Notes under the pieces: generated by a model
The model's database searches: none
What the model was told of the DNA's origin: nothing
The model's input: the letters and a program-made list of their open reading frames with translations, nothing else
Shown here: positions 58,545 through 64,000 of the stretch, piece after piece
How positions within the stretch are numbered: the stretch's first letter is position 1
Layout: every line of letters begins with the position of its first letter
Position numbers and translations under genes: made by a program
Source of the DNA: Felis catus
Taxonomy: Eukaryota
Assembly (NCBI RefSeq): GCF_018350175.1
Contig: NC_058368.1
Span: forward strand, 126,296,001 to 126,360,000
Direction: 5' to 3'
DNA length: 64,000 bases

Positions 58545-58674
58545 CGTCGCCTCACCGCCCGGCACTGCCAGCTGTCACCTCCAAGGCGCGGACACACGTC
58601 CGAGCCGGCCCTCACCCTCGAGCCCCCGCCGCCACCTCCTACGACCCACGCCCGACGTCCGCTTCCACTTGTGA
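58545..58674 (-). other. PLK2: PLK2 5'UTR (TSS approx. 58672-58678)
   Basis: Initiator-like CTCACAAG ~30 nt downstream of the TATA box; no upstream ATG between it and the start codon. Confidence 0.7.
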
Positions 58675-58696
58675 GAGTGCGGACGCCCGGAGAAGT

Positions 58697-58704
58697 CTTA
58701 TATA
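58697..58704 (-). promoter_or_regulatory. TATA box of PLK2 (TATATAAG)
   Basis: AT-rich element in GC-rich surroundings, ~30 bp from the inferred TSS. Confidence 0.85.
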
Positions 58705-58741
58705 CGGGCCGAGAAGGGGGGCGGAGAATCGAAACGGGATG

Positions 58742-58766
58742 CGACGTCACGGACGACGCCCCGCCC
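58742..58766 (-). promoter_or_regulatory. Proximal CRE-like site (TGACGTCG) and Sp/KLF GC box (GGGCGGGGC)
   Basis: TGACGTCG (7/8 match to CRE) at 58742-58749 and GC box at 58758-58766, ~40-60 bp upstream of TATA. Confidence 0.7.
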
Positions 58767-59934
58767 ACCGGCCGCCCGAGAGCGCGGGTCGGACGCCACG
58801 TCTGGACCGGCCGCTGGCGTTCTTCTTGCGAGCGGCAGGCAGACAGGGGTCGTGTAGCTCGTGCGCCGGTCTCGGGGAAGGATCGCCGCAACGGGTAGGG
58901 CGACAAAGAAGTCCGGCAATTCCGGGACCGCCACCCCATTCTTCGAATGCTCTCAGGTTCTGGGTTTGAAATGGAAACCCGAGGGCTTGGCGCCAGGCCC
59001 CATCCCCTCCCTCAGCCCCGCCCTCGCCCCGCCCCACTCGCCTGGTGTCCCGGCGGCTAGGCGTGCGAGCCCGGCAGGGCGCTGTGCCAACGCGGGTCCC
59101 CTCCCCCGCACAGTCCTACTTGACCGCCTCGCAACCTGACGCCTCCAGTCAGGTGTGACTGTGTCCAGAGTCCACTGCACAGGCACGTGAGGCCTCGCCC
59201 TGACCATCTGGAGGACCTCGGTGCTGCCGTTCGCCGGTCCTGCCGCCACCCAGCACGGCCGCCCGCATTATTACCCCATCAGCTCGCTTCTCGATGGGGC
59301 ACTGGGGGTGGTAGTGCCAGCGAAAGGCGAGGATTCCTAGAGCAAGGCGTACCGAGCTCAACGCCGCTTCTCAGTGAGGCGGGCCCAGGCCGGGGCCCAT
59401 AGGCTGACCAAGCCAAGTCCCATTTAGGCCTTCCTGGCCTCTGCCCGCCGCGCAGAGCGGGTCTTTGTAGGAGGTCAGGTCCTTAACCTTGGAGAGGGAG
59501 ACAGCCCCAGGCAAAAGGCTTCATCTTCTGGCTGCTCTCAGACTGGGGAGCAAGGGCGTCATCTCCTGGGAAGTATTAGAAGCGCAGGCACGGATTCGAA
59601 TGGGGAGCGGTTTACAACGTGGGCCTTACTTGATAGTAAGTGGTGTTAAAAGGGCTCCTGGTGCTAATTATGGTTTACCATCGAAGTCATCTATCACTTC
59701 TTTTTCGGAAGGGCTTAGACACAATGCGTCCTTTAAATGGCTCATTAAGTCACAGGGCGGCCCTGGTGCTGGGAGAGAATGCAAGGCCTTTTCCCCCTGC
59801 AGGGGGACTGGTAGGATGAAGGGAGGGACATAGGCTAATGAGCTTCAACATGGCTTAGATTCCTGTTCCCGGATTTTGCTATTCGCTTTTGCTGACCGAG
59901 GAACACCTGCTTCCCTTGCTGTGCTGGCAACAGT

Positions 59935-60062
59935 GGAACATTTATTAAGAACAAGGCACCGTGTATAGTGTTTTGAAATGCCTTATGTAATCCTACAACA
60001 GTTGGGAGTGGGAAATACTGTTATTCCCATTTTACAGATAAGGAAAGTGGGGTTTAGTTAAC
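59935..60062 (-). mobile_element. MIR fragment upstream of PLK2
   Basis: TGTTATTCCCATTTTACAGATAAGGAAA. Confidence 0.7.
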
Positions 60063-60390
60063 TGTTCTATGTATATGTTAGTAGACCACCCAAGTTATGT
60101 TGATGCGCAGTAGACAAATCGTTTAATCTAAGGTTAACAAGATGCGGTAAACTGTTTTTTGATACTAAATGCCAGGGGCTCTTTCCAGTACCAGATTGAT
60201 GAACCTCTGGTAGGTACTTAGAAAAAGGGTTTGCTCCAGTCCACTCTCAAGTTTAGGTATGCATGGTGTCAGTTAGACAAGCATTTCCACAGGCCTTCTG
60301 TGTCAAACACTTCCCACCTAATGTAGAAGGAGACTTCCCTGGCATTACAGAGTAGGAAGGGAACGTCTTTCTGGTTCTTTACACAGTTCA

Positions 60391-60410
60391 GGGCAAGCAC
60401 AGGCATGTCT
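60391..60410. promoter_or_regulatory. p53 response element ~1.7 kb upstream of PLK2
   Basis: GGGCAAGCAC+AGGCATGTCT: two RRRCWWGYYY decamers, zero spacer, 19/20 match; PLK2 is an established direct p53 target. Confidence 0.85.
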
Positions 60411-61435
60411 CTCATAAGTGAAAGTAGACTTTACTCCCAAGATGATCAGGGCTGGAGTGGGGTGGGGTAGAAATGAAGAATGACGTAATCTTCCCCTTCA
60501 TTCATAAGCCTAGGGTGACTTTTGGTCCCCAGATTTATGCAAACCTATTCACTAGCCTATTCACAGCAGGCTTGCTGGTTAGAGAAGACCACCTTAACTT
60601 CCAGAGCTAATCCCACACCATATCTTTATTTGACTGGTTGACAATGAACTTTTTATCTCTAATTGTTTATGGCCTTCTAAGAGAAAAGGACTGTGAAGAA
60701 CAGGTGGTCAGGGTATCTTTCATTATTATTTCAACTCTTTGGTTATCCTACACTATTGTATATATTTTTAGCAAATGTACTTAATTAAGCATTCGACAAA
60801 CCACTTAACATTCCATATGAAGTTCAGATCTACCCTTCAAAACATTCTAGTATTTACTAAAAGATTAACACTGTGTGTGTTCTGAGATTTCCTGGCCAAC
60901 TGTGAAAATCTGATTTTTCAGTTTGTGGTGCCATCACGTGGGCAGAACTAGAATTGCAGTTCATCGAACATAAAGAGGAAGTAAGTGGTACCTCCGATGG
61001 AGATCAGTCTTTAATTACAAAGTTTATTTCTCTGTAGTTCTACAGATTTAATGCAAATACAATCAAAATCCCAATATGATCTGTAATGACACTTGGCAGG
61101 CTGATTCTAACCTTCATAGCAACGTGTAGGTGATCAAAAATAGCCAAGTCCCTTTAAAGAAGAAGAAAAGGGGCAAGGCCTTTCTCTACCAGCTATCATC
61201 ACTTATAATGAAGCCGTAGCAAGTAAGAAAGCACAGTCCTCTCACAGGGATAGACTGATCAATGGAATAAAGTGCCTGGAAATAGCTCCACCTTTATTAA
61301 CTTATTATTTATTAACTTTGGTAGATGACCAAAGAGTCATGATAGATCAGTGAGGAAGCGAGGACTGTTCAGTAAATGGAACTAGAAGCCAATGGTTTTT
61401 CCATATTAAAACTAAGTAAACTCCATACCTCACAC

Positions 61436-62056
61436 TGGATTCGTTTTCCAGGGCCGCCACTGCAAATACCACAGTCTGGGCAGCTTAAATGACAGAAATT
61501 TTTCTCAGATCTGGAGTCTGGAAGTCCAAGATCAAGGTGTGGGCAGGCTTGCTTTCTCCTGAGACCTCTTGACTTGTGGATGAGTGCCTTCTCGCCGTGT
61601 CCTCACATGGTTGTTCCTCTGCGCACAAGCATCCTTGGTGTCCCCTTGTGTGTCCAAACTTCCTGCAATAAGGACAGAACTTAGAATGGAGTAGGGCTCA
61701 GACATGTTCTCATTTAAATGTTAAATGTCCTCATTTAACCTGAATTTCCTCTTTAAAGTTAGTTTATTTATTTATTTATTTTGAGATTGGGAGGGAGAGG
61801 GTAGAGAGAGAGAGGGAGAAAGAGAGAATCCCAATAGGCTCTGCACTGTCAGTGCGGAGCATGATGTGGGGCTGGGACCCAGGAACCATGAGATTATGAT
61901 GTCAGCTGAAATCATGAGTTAGTTGCTTTACCGACTAAGCCCCTCAGGCGCCCACTGAATTGCCTCTTTAATGGCCCTATCTCCAAATACAGTCGTCTTC
62001 TGAGGAGTCAGGGGCTTCAATACATTGATGTTTAGGAAACACAGTTCAGCCTATAA
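61436..62056 (-). mobile_element. MLT1A-like solo LTR containing a SINE
   Basis: CAGGGCCGCC...AAATACCACAGTCTGGGCAGCTTAAA...CTGGAAGTCCAAGATCAAGGTG...CACAGTTCAGCCTATAA. Confidence 0.85.
61757..61953 (-). mobile_element. Can-SINE nested in the MLT1 LTR
   Basis: TSD CTGAATT(T/G)CCTCTTTAA. Confidence 0.9.
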
Positions 62057-62175
62057 ACACCATATGCAAAAAAAAAAAAATGTCCAGATAGAGTAAGGAC
62101 TTAAATTCAAGAACAAAGAAAATAATAGTAGCAAGTATAAGCAATCAACTTTCTGAGCATAGGGTATGGAAAGAG

Positions 62176-62678
62176 TTTTGTTTTGTTTTTTAGTTGAGAT
62201 CTAATTGACATGTAACAGTGTATTAGTTTTAGGTGTACAACGCATTGATTTGATATAGGTAAATATTTTGAAGTGGTTAACACAGTAAATTTCCTCATTG
62301 CAAATAGTTAGATTTTTTTTTCTTGTTGATGAGAAATTTTAAGATCTACTTTGTTAGCCACATTCACATATAAGAACAATATTGTTAACTATAGTCATCT
62401 TGCTATATGTTACGCTCCCAAGACATACTAGTCTTATTACAGGATGTTTGTACCTTTTGACCCCCTTCACCTGTTTTGCATCCTGACCCTAACATCTGCC
62501 ATCCACCAATCTGTTCTCTGCCAGGAGTTCAGTTTTTTTTTTTTAGTTTCTAGATAGAGTGAGAACACACAGTATTTGTCCTTCTCTTTGTGACTTAATT
62601 CGCTTGGCATAATGCCCTGAGGCATTACGTTGTTACAAATGGCAGGATAGCCTTCTTTTTTTAATTACTGAATAATAT

Positions 62679-62721
<43 letters not shown>

Positions 62722-63345
62722 TATGCAAATTACGTTTTCTTTATTCATCTGTTGATGGACATTTAAGTTGTTTCTATACCTTGGCTATCATTACTGATGC
62801 TTCGGGGAGCATGGGCATACTGTTATCTATTTGAAATTATGATTCTGTTTCCTTTGGAGATATACCTAGAAGTGGAATTGCTGGTCATACTGTGTTTCAG
62901 TTTTTAATTTCTTGAGGAAACTCCATACTGTTTTATACATTGTACCAGTTTACATTTCCATCAGGAGTCTACAAGGGTTCCCTTTTCTCCATATCCTTGC
63001 ATGCATTTGGTATCTTTTGTCTTTCTGAAAACAGACATCCTAAAAGGTACTGCATGGTGTCTCGTTGTGGTTTTGGTTTTACATTATATTTGATGTTGAG
63101 GATTTTTTTGTGTACCTGTTGGCCATTTGTACATCTTCCTTGGAAAAATATCTACTCAAGATCTTTGCTCAGTTTTAATTGTGTGTTTTGTTTTTTACTA
63201 TTATATGGGTTCCTGGTATATTTTGGATAATAACTCCTTATCAGATGAGTGGTTGGCAAATATTTTCTTCCATTTCATGGGTTGCCTATTCTTTTGTTGA
63301 TAGTTTTCTTTGCTGTGCAGAAACTTTTTAGTTTGATGTAGGCTG
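62176..63345 (-). mobile_element. 5'-truncated L1 3' end
   Basis: TTAGTTTTAGGTGTACAAC..., TACCTAGAAGTGGAATTGCTGG, GAGGAAACTCCATACTGTTTT, TTGCTGTGCAGAAACTTTTTAGTTTGATG. Confidence 0.9.
62683..62724. repeat. (AT)n microsatellite in L1
   Basis: Direct reading; one CA interruption. Confidence 0.96.
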
Positions 63346-63489
63346 ATGACATTATGTGCATCTTCTTTGATTTTTTTTAACCTCTTATTTTGAAATAAAA
63401 TTTCTTTATCCCTTGTCCATTGTTAAAAAATTGAAGAATATAGAAACACTAAAGAAGGCAGGTATTGGTAAAATTCACTGTAAGAATTC

Positions 63490-63710
63490 AGAGTGCCTAG
63501 GTGGCTCACTCGGTTAAACATCTGACTTTGGCTCAGGTCATGATCTCACAGTTCATGGGTTTAAGCCCCATGTCTGGCTCTGTGCTGACAGCTCAGAGCC
63601 TGGAGCCTGCTTCGGATTCTGTGTCTCCCTCTCACTGCCTCTCCCCCACTCATGCTTGCTCTCTCTCTCTCTCTCTCTCTGTCAAAAATGAATAAATGTT
63701 TAAAAAAATT
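63490..63710 (+). mobile_element. Can-SINE
   Basis: GTGCCTAGGTGGCTCACTCGGTTAA head, (CT)n, AATAAATG tail. Confidence 0.92.
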
Positions 63711-64000
63711 TTTTTGATTCATGTAAGATGCAATGATAAATAATCCTAAAGTGGTCTTCTCCCTTACTCCTCTATTATGGATTTCTTGGCATGTCATCCA
63801 GGTGGTGATTTCATTCCTCTGCTCTCCATCCAGATGGCAGTTGTCAATAGGCTTCACTGTCCAATATCTCGAATTGCTCTTTCAGCTAAGTCATTTTAAC
63901 CCTGGTGATCTGGCTCAATAGTATTGTAAATGGTACTCTTTTTTCTTTCATCATCACTGCCCTATGTTTTGAATGTTCTAAACAGACTGTTAATTCTATC

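Larger units (their letters stand above)
61000..62170 (+). mobile_element. Ancient L1 ORF2 fragment split by an MLT1 LTR
   Basis: CTACAGATTTAATGCAA...CAAAATCCCAA; TACCTCACAC|LTR|CATATGCAAAAA continuity. Confidence 0.7.

Noticed and set aside
58545..58577. In-frame GTG/CTG upstream of the PLK2 ATG (ORF track starts at 58565)
   Set aside because: In-frame TGA 11 codons upstream limits any extension to under 10 aa, and the ATG has strong Kozak context

Overview
Mammalian genomic DNA, almost certainly from a felid: it carries 19 feliform-type Can-SINE copies and carnivore-type L1s. The only protein-coding gene I can support is PLK2 (polo-like kinase 2/SNK), complete on the minus strand. I reconstructed its 14 coding exons by hand from GT-AG junctions: CDS 58544->53217, 2058 nt = 685 aa + stop, frame intact. 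It has a TATA/CRE/GC-box promoter in a CpG island, a p53 response element ~1.7 kb upstream, and a ~600-nt 3'UTR with miR-27/128/126 seed matches, AU-rich/CPE-like elements and two AATAAA signals. Bases 1-52.6 kb are gene-free downstream sequence with SINEs, L1s, LTR and DNA-transposon remnants and microsatellites. All other ORFs in the track look like repeat-derived or chance ORFs. I did not find a new gene system. The most unusual structure is a composite element at 39.9-42.2 kb: a twin-primed (5'-inverted) L1 containing a Tigger-like DNA transposon and two short patches apparently copied from its own flanks. Several motif clusters (intron-5 ACGT triplet, a 3' downstream element, a distal MEF2/E-box cluster) are candidate PLK2 enhancers. 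Repeat subfamily names come from pattern recognition and need RepeatMasker/Dfam confirmation.
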